A program made the position numbers and the translations under genes. Positions 38,362 to 47,481 of a DNA stretch of 64,000 nt are shown in pieces (the first letter of the stretch is position 1; the number at the start of each line of letters is the position of its first letter). Location: assembly GCA_964541395.1 (NCBI GenBank), contig CAZIPM010000004.1:1188-65187 (forward strand), written 5' to 3'. The notes under the pieces were generated by a model. That model saw only the letters and a program-made list of their open reading frames with translations, searched no databases and had not been told where the DNA came from. This DNA comes from an uncultured Gammaproteobacteria bacterium. GTDB taxonomy: Bacteria > Patescibacteriota > Microgenomatia > UBA8517.

Positions 38362-40632
38362 GGGAGCAGGTTCAACAATTTTAGGACAAACCTGAATCTT
38401 TTCTTCCAAATACCATTCATTCTTGCTGAAACATTCACTTTTTACCATCCTTTCAGGTATTTGCCATTCAACAGATGCGGTATTTGAAAGAAGCCCTCTC
38501 ATAATTTTGTTCCAGATTGGAGCTGCTCCGGTAACACCCGAAGCAATTCTGGCCATGGGGGAGTTATCATTGTTTCCAACCCAAACGGCCACCAGATAGT
38601 TTTGGTTAAAGCCGACTGTCAGATTGTCTCTGAGATCGTTACTGGTACCTGTTTTAACAGCTATCTCAGAATGGTTTGGTATAACCAACATGGAACTGCT
38701 GCCAAATGCCGGGGAACGGGCATGGTTGTCTTTCAAGACATCAATTAAAAGGTAAGCTACTCGGGAATCCAATACTTGTATTTTACTTATCTCAAACCTG
38801 TTTAAAGAATAGAGAATTTTAGATTTGTAATTTCTGACTTCAGTGATGGATCTTATTTGTGGTTTTACACCGTAATTGGCTATTGTTGCATAGACACGAG
38901 CCAGATCGAGAAGTTTAACTTCACCGCCTCCTAAAGTCAGTGACAATCCAAACCTACTTCTGTCACTCCAAGTTGTGATACCCATATTTTCTCCCAAATC
39001 AATCATTTTACCAACACCGTAAGAAGCCAAAATCTTGACAGCAGGAATATTTCTTGATTCCGCCAATGCAGATCTTAAAGTAATAGTACCTCTGTATTTA
39101 TTATCATAATTTTTTGGTGTGTAAGGTGGCGAACCCGGAGTATTAAATGTAATCGGTGTATCTTCAACAGTTGACGAAAGAGTTAATCCATTAGAAAGTG
39201 CATATGCATAATTTATTATTTTAATAGAACTTCCCGGTTGCCTGGGTCTTGTTGTTACATTGACATTACCGTCTTTTTCAAAATCAAAGTAATCATGACT
39301 TCCTGCCATAGCCAGAATTTCACCAGTTTTGGGGTTCATTACTACAACTGCTGCATTACCTACGTTTAACGATTTGAGTTTTACAATTTCATCGTCAATA
39401 GATTTCTCAACAAGCTGTTGTATTTGGTAATCGAGAGTGGTTTTGACACTTAGTCCGCCTTTTTGGACAACTTCCTCACCGTATGCTTCGACCAGCTGAT
39501 CTTTTGCATACATTACAAAATGGGGAGCAAGAATTTCAGTTTTATTAGGTGCAAAGGTAATTTTTTGGGAAATTGCTTCTTCTTCCTCTTCAGGGGTAAT
39601 GAATTTATTAACTCGCATGAGGTGAAGTATTTCTCTTTGTTTGGAGAATGCAAGTTCAGGGTGAGACCCAAACGGAGAATATTTGGACGGGCTTTGGGGA
39701 AGACCTGCCAAAAGGGCAGCTTCGGCAAGACTTATATCTTCAATATTTTTGCCAAAATAAACCAAAGATGCTTGGCCGACTCCGTAATTAGTACCTCCGA
39801 AGCTAACTTCATTCAAATACATTTCCAGAATTTCATCTTTTGAAAAATAATTTTCAACCTGAAAAGACAAAACAATTTCTCTGGCTTTTCTGATGAAAGT
39901 TTTTTCAGAAGAAAGAAGTGCGTTTTTAACCAGCTGTTGAGTAATAGTAGATCCACCTTGCAGTTTGCCCTCACTGATGTTTTTGGATAATGCTCTTGTC
40001 ATGCCACGGAAAGAAATTCCTGGGTGGTTATAAAACTCCGCATCTTCAGCTGCTAATGTTGCCAGTCTGACATAGCTTGGCACTTGGGAAAGTTCCACCG
40101 GGGTTCTATTTTTATCTTTGTAAATTGTATAAAGTAATATTCCGTTTCTGTCATAAATTTTAGTGGAGACTTCCTGCTGACGGGTAATAAGATTCTGTGG
40201 GGAGGGGAGATCTTTTAAAATATAAACCCAGGTAAAAAGGGAAGCAAAAAACAAAAACAGAACAGGAAATAAAAATCTTTTCCTAACTCTAATTCTTGGA
40301 AGTCTGATGTTCACCTTTGGTAAATTGATGTTGGGAAGTTGCAATTGAGGTAGGGTTATTACGGGAAATTTAAATGAAGGAAGTTTAAACCCTTTAATTT
40401 TTGGAATTATTACTCCATCAAGGAATTTCAATATTTCAAAAACAGTATGTCCTACAAGATAAAGAAGAAAGAGAAGAGTGATTAATATTTTTGAAAGAAG
40501 AAAATAAACAGGACGACCGATAAACGCAAGGATATAACCTAAAATTAGGAATAATGAGACTTTATATTTTGGGGCAGTTTTTTCATAATGTTTATATATC
40601 CGCTTGGTGGCGGATATTTTTCTCCGAGCCAC
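38251..40632 (-). CDS. class A penicillin-binding protein (PBP1A)
   Basis: GT51 RLATLAAEDAEFYNHPG...GGSTITQQLVKN; transpeptidase SSIKII and KTGTS. Confidence 0.95.
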   Translation of the reverse strand: MARRKISATKRIYKHYEKTAPKYKVSLFLILGYILAFIGRPVYFLLSKILITLLFLLYLVGHTVFEILKFLDGVIIPKIKGFKLPSFKFPVITLPQLQLPNINLPKVNIRLPRIRVRKRFLFPVLFLFFASLFTWVYILKDLPSPQNLITRQQEVSTKIYDRNGILLYTIYKDKNRTPVELSQVPSYVRLATLAAEDAEFYNHPGISFRGMTRALSKNISEGKLQGGSTITQQLVKNALLSSEKTFIRKAREIVLSFQVENYFSKDEILEMYLNEVSFGGTNYGVGQASLVYFGKNIEDISLAEAALLAGLPQSPSKYSPFGSHPELAFSKQREILHLMRVNKFITPEEEEEAISQKITFAPNKTEILAPHFVMYAKDQLVEAYGEEVVQKGGLSVKTTLDYQIQQLVEKSIDDEIVKLKSLNVGNAAVVVMNPKTGEILAMAGSHDYFDFEKDGNVNVTTRPRQPGSSIKIINYAYALSNGLTLSSTVEDTPITFNTPGSPPYTPKNYDNKYRGTITLRSALAESRNIPAVKILASYGVGKMIDLGENMGITTWSDRSRFGLSLTLGGGEVKLLDLARVYATIANYGVKPQIRSITEVRNYKSKILYSLNRFEISKIQVLDSRVAYLLIDVLKDNHARSPAFGSSSMLVIPNHSEIAVKTGTSNDLRDNLTVGFNQNYLVAVWVGNNDNSPMARIASGVTGAAPIWNKIMRGLLSNTASVEWQIPERMVKSECFSKNEWYLEEKIQVCPKIVEPAPSTTGVPQPHVFIQEIERQKKKRSGKSGQQISSTVRN

Positions 40633-40674
40633 GACATAATTCTAACATTATAGTGTGAGAGTGAAAAGAAGATA

Positions 40675-40908
40675 TTAACCTATCGGACGGGGAGAAAATT
40701 CTCTGGGTTTAAGACACTTGTCGAAATCTTTTACAGTTTCTCCTCCTTCACTGCAAGACCGGACAACTTTAAATGTCCATGAATCTTCGAGAGATTGACC
40801 GGAATCAACCATAAATCCGTTTTCTGTAGTTAAGGTCGCCATTTCCCTCTGGTTGTGTTGAGTTACATCAGTACCCAATAAACAAATACTACATCTTTTG
40901 TTTGTCAT
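40675..40908 (-). CDS. small Cys-containing hypothetical protein
   Basis: 77-aa ORF between the two PBP genes; may be spurious. Confidence 0.25.
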   Translation of the reverse strand: MTNKRCSICLLGTDVTQHNQREMATLTTENGFMVDSGQSLEDSWTFKVVRSCSEGGETVKDFDKCLKPREFSPRPIG

Positions 40909-40945
40909 GCCGCGTATTATACAAAATTATACTTGTAGATTCAAC

Positions 40946-43204
40946 TTAATTTACTCTCAAAGGATACTTTAATGTTGCAGAACTGGAGGATACAGGACAG
41001 GTTAAACAATATGTTGCTCCTGTTGGGTCCGTATAAAATGTCTTGTTTTGCGCCTCTACCTGTTCTGGTAAAGCTTCTTCGTTTGCTACTTGGCCAGTAT
41101 CTTTGAATATAAACACATCTTTATTACTAACATTGTTTGTTTTTGGAACAGTTCCAGACATAAAGTATTCAAATCTGGTGGGACAACCAGGATTTCCCGG
41201 ATCTGATGATAGAACAGCACCGCCTGTGTCCGAACAAATTGTGGCACCAATTACATCTTCAGGTTGTAATGGCCAAGCATGACCATCATCATCAGGGTCG
41301 TACGTCCCTTTTTCTGCTTTATCCAAAACTTCTTTTATTATTTTATTCCAGATTGGGGAAGCCCCGGAAACTCCTGACACTGCACCACTCATAGGGGAGT
41401 TGTCATTATTTCCTACCCAAACTACGGCAACCGCGTATTTGGTATAACCGATTGTCCAGTTATCACGTCTGTCATTGGTAGTTCCTGTTTTTACGGATGC
41501 TTCGGGATGTCCTTTGACATTTAAAAATGAAGAAGACCCAAAAGCCTGTGATCTGGCATTGTTGTCATGAAGGATATGAGAAATCAAAAAGCTAACATTT
41601 GTATCTAGAACTCTTTCTCCGGAAAGTTTTAATTCTTTAATATCTACTTCTTCCAAAACTTTACCTTTCCAGTTTTCAACTTTGGTAACGGCAATTAGCG
41701 GTTGTTTTATTCCTTCATTGGCAAAGACACCAAACGCCTGAGCCATGTCATAAGGTTTGACTTCGCCGCCCCCTAAAGTTAAAGAAAGACCATAACGATC
41801 AGGATCCTTGAAAGTAGTCAGTCCCATATCTTTTGCAAAATCGACAAAATTAGTAATGCTATTAACAGCTAATACTTTTACCGCTGGGATATTGTATGAA
41901 TTTCCCAGTGCAAATCTGGTTTGGACCAGCCCGTGATAACCGCCGTCATAATTGACCGGGCAATAGGGTTTTTGACCGATAACGGAAAAACAGGTCGGAA
42001 CATCAATAAAAGTAGTTGCTGCAGTAATCTTTTTATCTTTTAGAGCTAATGCATAATTAAGCGGTTTAATAGATGAACCCGGTTGTCTCTCTCTGAAAAT
42101 AATATTTACTTTACCGTCTTCATCATTGGCAAAATAATCTTTACTTCCGACCATGGCCAGGATTTCTCCGGTTGAAGGATGTGTTATTACGGCTGCGCCG
42201 TTGCCAACATTCTGTTTTACCAGTTTGCCAACTTCGGTAGCTACTGCTTCCTGTGCAAAATTTTGTAGATCCAGATCCAGTGTGGTTGTAACCCTTAGGC
42301 CTCCTTGTTCAACAATTTTTTCTCCGTATTTTTCAACCAGTTGATCTTTGATCCATAATGCAAAATGGGGAGCAGCAGGTGCTTTAATCTCGGCATAGAT
42401 TAACTCTTCTTCTAATGCTTTGTTTTTTTCTTCTTCATTTATATATCCTGCTTTGATCATTTGTGAAAGTACTTCTTTTTGTCTTTCTTTTGCCAGTTCA
42501 GGATGCGCTCCGAATGGAGAATATCGGGTTGGACTTTGGGGTAGACCTGCAATAAGAGCAGCCTGTGCCAGAGTTAAATCTTTAGCCGGTTTACCGAAAT
42601 AAAGTTCAGATGCACTTTCAATTCCGTAAGCTGTTGAACCGTAAGGAATTTGATTTAAGTAAAGCTCTAGTATTTGGTGTTTACTGTAAATACCTTCAAC
42701 AACTACGGTCAAAAAAAATTCTCTAACCTTTCTTCTAATTGTTCTTTCGGGAGTTAACAGGGAATTTTTAACTAATTGTTGTGTTAGGGTAGAACCACCT
42801 TCCAATTTCCCGCGGGTGACTATTTTCCAAGCTGCCCGGGCAATACCTGTAAATGAAAAACCATAGTGTTTGTAAAATTCCTTATCCTCTATTGCTATAG
42901 TTGCATTTTTAACATAGTCAGGCAGGTCATCAAGTTTAACAGGAGAACTTCTTTTATCTGCATAAATTTCGTAAATCAATTTACCGTTTCTGTCTAAAAG
43001 CTTTGTCGAGACAGGTATATCAGTAGAATATAGTTTGGTAGGAAGGGGGATTCCCCAAAAAAGCCAAAATGAAAATGAGATTAAGACCGTAAAAAAAATA
43101 ACTTTTTTTCTGTTTTTTTCCACTGCAAAGAAATTTTTAACTTTTGTAAGATATCCTTCCTTGGTAATATTAGGGCTGATTTTGTTGATTCTTATCATTA
43201 TCAA
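40946..43204 (-). CDS. class A penicillin-binding protein (PBP1A paralogue)
   Basis: GT51 IAIEDKEFYKHYG...GGSTLTQQLVKN; SSIKPL and KTGTT. Confidence 0.95.
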   Translation of the reverse strand: MIMIRINKISPNITKEGYLTKVKNFFAVEKNRKKVIFFTVLISFSFWLFWGIPLPTKLYSTDIPVSTKLLDRNGKLIYEIYADKRSSPVKLDDLPDYVKNATIAIEDKEFYKHYGFSFTGIARAAWKIVTRGKLEGGSTLTQQLVKNSLLTPERTIRRKVREFFLTVVVEGIYSKHQILELYLNQIPYGSTAYGIESASELYFGKPAKDLTLAQAALIAGLPQSPTRYSPFGAHPELAKERQKEVLSQMIKAGYINEEEKNKALEEELIYAEIKAPAAPHFALWIKDQLVEKYGEKIVEQGGLRVTTTLDLDLQNFAQEAVATEVGKLVKQNVGNGAAVITHPSTGEILAMVGSKDYFANDEDGKVNIIFRERQPGSSIKPLNYALALKDKKITAATTFIDVPTCFSVIGQKPYCPVNYDGGYHGLVQTRFALGNSYNIPAVKVLAVNSITNFVDFAKDMGLTTFKDPDRYGLSLTLGGGEVKPYDMAQAFGVFANEGIKQPLIAVTKVENWKGKVLEEVDIKELKLSGERVLDTNVSFLISHILHDNNARSQAFGSSSFLNVKGHPEASVKTGTTNDRRDNWTIGYTKYAVAVVWVGNNDNSPMSGAVSGVSGASPIWNKIIKEVLDKAEKGTYDPDDDGHAWPLQPEDVIGATICSDTGGAVLSSDPGNPGCPTRFEYFMSGTVPKTNNVSNKDVFIFKDTGQVANEEALPEQVEAQNKTFYTDPTGATYCLTCPVSSSSATLKYPLRVN

Positions 43205-43231
43205 GTAAAAAATGATTATTAAGTCTCTATA

Positions 43232-43501
43232 TTGTATACTACAGGCATGAAACTTGGAAATTTTAAAAGTGCTGAAGAAGCAGCTGAAGCACTAATGGGT
43301 GTAACTAATGGACATCAACACGCTTTAGGTTCAATACTGGAACTCGCTTCTTTAGAAGAAATGGACCTTAAAAAAGCAATTGATTTTGTCAAAGAACGTG
43401 GAGTACCTTCTGATAAAACAGAAATAATTGGTTGGTGGCGTGAAAATATGAACAAAATCCGAGGCCAGGTGATAATGAAGGGTGGAGAGTTTGGAGAGTA
43501 A
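43232..43501 (+). CDS. hypothetical protein
   Basis: 89-aa ORF overlapping next gene start. Confidence 0.35.
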   Translation: MYTTGMKLGNFKSAEEAAEALMGVTNGHQHALGSILELASLEEMDLKKAIDFVKERGVPSDKTEIIGWWRENMNKIRGQVIMKGGEFGE

Positions 43502-44033
43502 AGTGTATTATGTGTTTCAGATCATGGAATTTAATCTAGAAAAAAGAAATTGGTGGGGATATGTAGAAGAAGATCTGCAAAAACTTCTTGAATCTTCAGT
43601 TTTTCTACTCAATGTATCCAGAAGTTGGGGAGCAGACTTACCTAATGGTAGAAAGGCTTTTCATGATTATTCATTCTGTGTTTTTCCAGCAGCCAAAGCC
43701 TATGAAGGATTTTTGAAAAAGATGTTTTTTGATATGAAATTCATAACAGAAGCAGAATATTACGGTAAACATTTCAGAATCGGTAAAGCATTAAATCCGT
43801 TTCTGGAGAAAAAATACAGAAGAGAGAGTGTCTATGACAGAGTGGTAAATTATTGTGGTGGAAAAGAGCTCGCAGATATTTTATGGGAAGCATGGAAGAA
43901 TGGCAGGAATTTAGTTTTCCATTGGTTTCCGGAAGAAAAAAAAGTAATATCTTTTGAAGAAGCTGGAAAGTTAATAGAACAGATCCTGTCTGCAATGGAC
44001 AAAATGTCTACTGAGTGTAAAATAAAATTGTAG
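43482..44033 (+). CDS. hypothetical protein
   Basis: 183-aa ORF; no motif. Confidence 0.4.
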   Translation: MESLESKVYYVFQIMEFNLEKRNWWGYVEEDLQKLLESSVFLLNVSRSWGADLPNGRKAFHDYSFCVFPAAKAYEGFLKKMFFDMKFITEAEYYGKHFRIGKALNPFLEKKYRRESVYDRVVNYCGGKELADILWEAWKNGRNLVFHWFPEEKKVISFEEAGKLIEQILSAMDKMSTECKIKL

Positions 44034-44059
44034 CCGATAAAACCGTAACCAATAGTAAT

Positions 44060-44725
44060 ATGACTAAACCAGACGAAACTTCAAAAATTAAATCGCTTAA
44101 ATATGCGGTAAGTTTGGCTGCATATCTATTAATAGTTTGGGGATTCTATAGATTTCTGTTTCAACTACCCGAAAATGTCGAAGAAATTGTAATAAAACCC
44201 ATTATCTGGCTTATTCCTGTATTGTACCTGTTAAGAAAGGAAAGAGCCGGGCTGGAAAGTATTGGAGTAACTTTAAAAAATATTTTTCCTGCAGTTTATT
44301 TTGCGTTAGGGCTTGGAGTGTTTTTTGTCATAGAAGCGTTATTTATCAACTATATCAAATACGGTGGCAGTTTTAATTTTGGAGCGAATATAGGCAGTCT
44401 TCCTATCCTTACATCTTTTGGTCTGTCCTTTGCTACAGCATTTTCTGAAGAACTGACGTTCAGGGGATATATTCTAAGCCGTTTCTGGAATGCATTGAAA
44501 AATCCCTGGCATGCAATTATCGTAACCAGTTTATTGTGGGCTTTGGTACATGTACCAATCACTTTCTTTGTCTGGAAACTGGACCTGACATCAGCAATTA
44601 CATATCTGTTTTTAACTTTTATTTTTGGATTGGGATCTTCATTTGTTTATACCAAGACCAAGAATGTATTTTCTTCAATTTTACTTCACGTACTTTGGCA
44701 GTGGCCGATAATTTTATTTAGGTAA
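44060..44725 (+). CDS. CPBP-family intramembrane metalloprotease (CAAX protease-like)
   Basis: SEELTFRGY (EExxxR), LWALVH and LLHVLWQ motifs in TM helices. Confidence 0.75.
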   Translation: MTKPDETSKIKSLKYAVSLAAYLLIVWGFYRFLFQLPENVEEIVIKPIIWLIPVLYLLRKERAGLESIGVTLKNIFPAVYFALGLGVFFVIEALFINYIKYGGSFNFGANIGSLPILTSFGLSFATAFSEELTFRGYILSRFWNALKNPWHAIIVTSLLWALVHVPITFFVWKLDLTSAITYLFLTFIFGLGSSFVYTKTKNVFSSILLHVLWQWPIILFR

Positions 44726-44896
44726 TACTTTGTTGATACAAATATATTTTTACTGCACTTAGACTTGAAGATAAACATTTATTGTTTTAAACCACAGTAT
44801 TTTAAGAAGGCGAAATAATAGTTATGTCCAATGATAAAGAATTTGACAAGCTAGGCCTTAGTATACCAACTTCGAACAATCTGGCACAAAATTGCC

Positions 44897-45589
44897 TCAG
44901 AAAACAACAACTTCCTGCAGTTTTGCTCCATACATCTTTCCGTCTAGGGGGTCGATTCTTCCTAATTGAGGCTCTATCGAAACAATTCCTTCCAGCTTTC
45001 TATCTTTAAACACTTCGTTTAGTAGCAACCTGTCTTCCATAGGAGTTTTATCTACCGTTTGGTGCTCAGGAACTTGAAAAATTGAGTGACCGACATCTTT
45101 ATAGGGGTCAAGCATCTCCAGATTATTTTTATCTATTAAGTTTATTGCAAAGCTATATAAGTCGCCTACACTTTTTGCTTTGGTTTTAGCAAATACGGCA
45201 GTTTCCTTCACAATATCTCTAACGCCTTCTATAAGACTTTCATAGAATTCGTTATCTCCAATAACCACAGTGTCACACCAGTTGCTCCAAACAGTTCCTT
45301 TCATTGGGGTAGAGTCCACGAAAATAATATCATTTTCTCCGACCTTTACTTTGTCTGAGGGTAAATGAACCCTCCTGGTAATGGGTTTTGAAGTTGTTTC
45401 TCCTGAATAGATTAGGATTGGATACCAATGTTCAGAAAAACCAAAATCTGATAGTAAGGAGTAATATTTATCAGCGATTTCTTTTTCGGTTAGCCCTGGT
45501 GAAATCCATTTAGTGAGCGTGTTTGTAGCCTCGACTGTAAGTTTTTGCAACTCGTCGAATTGTTTTAGGTATTCCTCACGAGACAACAT
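44897..45589 (-). CDS. M24 (pita-bread) metallopeptidase-like protein, possibly degenerate
   Basis: DIIFVDSTPMKGTVWSNWCDTVVIG echoes the M24 D..D..G..SD..T block; only 230 aa. Confidence 0.35.
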   Translation of the reverse strand: MLSREEYLKQFDELQKLTVEATNTLTKWISPGLTEKEIADKYYSLLSDFGFSEHWYPILIYSGETTSKPITRRVHLPSDKVKVGENDIIFVDSTPMKGTVWSNWCDTVVIGDNEFYESLIEGVRDIVKETAVFAKTKAKSVGDLYSFAINLIDKNNLEMLDPYKDVGHSIFQVPEHQTVDKTPMEDRLLLNEVFKDRKLEGIVSIEPQLGRIDPLDGKMYGAKLQEVVVF

Positions 45590-45680
45590 TAAATGATGTT
45601 AGCACTTGGAGGCAATAAATGCAGGCATAAAAAGAAAAGAACCGGTTGACGTAGTTTAATCATTTAGAGCAATTTGACTT

Positions 45681-45995
45681 TTGCAGAAAGAGAGAGTAAT
45701 ACTGACTTTAATGATTGATGTTCCAAAAAATATTGATTTCGAAATAGCAGAAGATGAAAATGGATTTATTTATGAACATAAGTTTCCCGATTCTTTTGCA
45801 ACTTATGAGTTTCTAGATACCACTTCAGAAAATCAAGATGGTGTAGTTCATTCAATTCATAATGCTAGAAAAACATCTAGGCTTTCTGGACAATCCGGAA
45901 AAATACAATTTCGATCCGAAAGTGATCCAATTGGAAGTGATAAATTCACAGGTAAAGCAGTTTCATATGGCGAATCTTCAACCCAAAAACTTTAA
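45681..45995 (+). CDS. hypothetical protein
   Basis: 104-aa ORF. Confidence 0.3.
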   Translation: MQKERVILTLMIDVPKNIDFEIAEDENGFIYEHKFPDSFATYEFLDTTSENQDGVVHSIHNARKTSRLSGQSGKIQFRSESDPIGSDKFTGKAVSYGESSTQKL

Positions 45996-46106
45996 AGGAA
46001 TTTAGAGGAATATACAGAGTTAGTCTTATTTTGAAAATATCCCTATTTAATTTCCCCTAAAATCCTATAAATTTTTTGCATCATTTGACAGACCAGCGTA
46101 CAATAG

Positions 46107-46742
46107 ATGATACCCATGCGGAAGCGATTTGCGGGTATTTTAACTTCATTACTAATGGCAATTGCCATATTTACGGTATCAATTATTAGAGGGGTTATGC
46201 CAAATTATGCATTTTCTCCACAGGTTCTATCGGACACAGTTGATACTCCAAGTACGATTAATATTGCCTATGATTTAATTTACCCGGGAAAGATATTGCC
46301 TGACCATCCTCTTTGGTATGTAAAAGCAATTCGGGATAAGATTGTACACTCATTAACTTTTAATCACATGTCTCGGGCAAAATTGGCACTTAAGTGTGCA
46401 GATAAAAGATTGCAAATGGCTCAGGAAATGTTTAAAAAAGGGAAACCGGATTTGGGAGTGGCAACATTGGAGAGAGCGGAACAGTATTTAGCAGAATCGG
46501 TAGATCATGCCAAGGAGGCAGAAAGTAGTGAAGAAAGTAAAGAATTTTTACGTACAGCCTCTCTGGCTGCTTTAAAGCATAGGGAAATTATTGAAGAAAA
46601 TATTCTCCCCCTTTCTCCTGAAGACCTCAAACCAATGATAGTAAAAACGGAAGATCTCTCCAAAATAAGCTACACAAAAACCCGAGACACCCTTCATTCT
46701 TACGGGATAACATCTCCAACTAATCCCTTCGAGTTGGATTAA
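46107..46742 (+). CDS. hypothetical membrane-anchored protein
   Basis: N-terminal TM then helical domain. Confidence 0.4.
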   Translation: MIPMRKRFAGILTSLLMAIAIFTVSIIRGVMPNYAFSPQVLSDTVDTPSTINIAYDLIYPGKILPDHPLWYVKAIRDKIVHSLTFNHMSRAKLALKCADKRLQMAQEMFKKGKPDLGVATLERAEQYLAESVDHAKEAESSEESKEFLRTASLAALKHREIIEENILPLSPEDLKPMIVKTEDLSKISYTKTRDTLHSYGITSPTNPFELD

Positions 46743-46884
46743 TTTAGGAGTTTAGTTATCTTTTTTTAGACAGGGGAATATCCAGCTTTTAATAAAATTT
46801 CCTCACAATTTCCTCAAGTAGTTTTTTCCAAGCTTGATTTACGCTTAACATGATATGATTCGTATCAAAAGTTGATAGTTGACG

Positions 46885-46931
46885 CACCACTTCTAGTGTT
46901 AGATTATCTGTTACGTCACTAGTTGTAGTGT
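46885..46931. promoter_or_regulatory. two candidate NrdR boxes upstream of nrdR
   Basis: TCACTAGTTGTAGTGT matches acaCwAtATaTwGtgt at 13/16; weaker GCACCACTTCTAGTGT ~31 bp upstream. Confidence 0.35.
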
Positions 46932-46976
46932 TTTTATGTTTCACAAGTGAAAAGATTTTTTGATTGAAATATTAAT

Positions 46977-47423
46977 ATGAATTGTCCTTTTTGTAACACA
47001 GCAGAAACTCAGGTTTTGGAGTCCAGAATTATTAATGAAGGGCAAGGAATAAGAAGAAGAAGAGAGTGTGGTAAATGTGGTAAACGCTTTACAACACATG
47101 AAGAAGTTAAAAAGTCGGTACTTTGGATAATCAAAAAAGATGGGAGGCGGGAACCCTTTGATAGAGAAAAGATTAAAAGGGGACTTTTAAGATCAATAGA
47201 AAAGAGACCTGTATCTTTAGATCTGGTAGAAGAAACGGTAAATGAAGTAGAGAGAGAACTATTAAAAGCACTTAAAGAGGAAGTACCAAGTAGAGTTGTA
47301 GGGAATGCAGTTTTAAAGAGACTGAAAAAGATTGACAAAGTAGCCTGGTTAAGATTTGCCAGCGTCTATTTGCAGTTTGAGGATTTGGAAGATTTTGAGA
47401 AATTAATAAACAGAAACTTATAA
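46977..47423 (+). CDS. nrdR: transcriptional repressor NrdR
   Basis: MNCPFCN...CGKCGKRF zinc ribbon plus ATP-cone. Confidence 0.95.
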   Translation: MNCPFCNTAETQVLESRIINEGQGIRRRRECGKCGKRFTTHEEVKKSVLWIIKKDGRREPFDREKIKRGLLRSIEKRPVSLDLVEETVNEVERELLKALKEEVPSRVVGNAVLKRLKKIDKVAWLRFASVYLQFEDLEDFEKLINRNL

Positions 47424-47481
47424 ACAGAAACGTATGAATATTAATAAATATTTAATGAAAATTATGTTATAACCAACAAAT

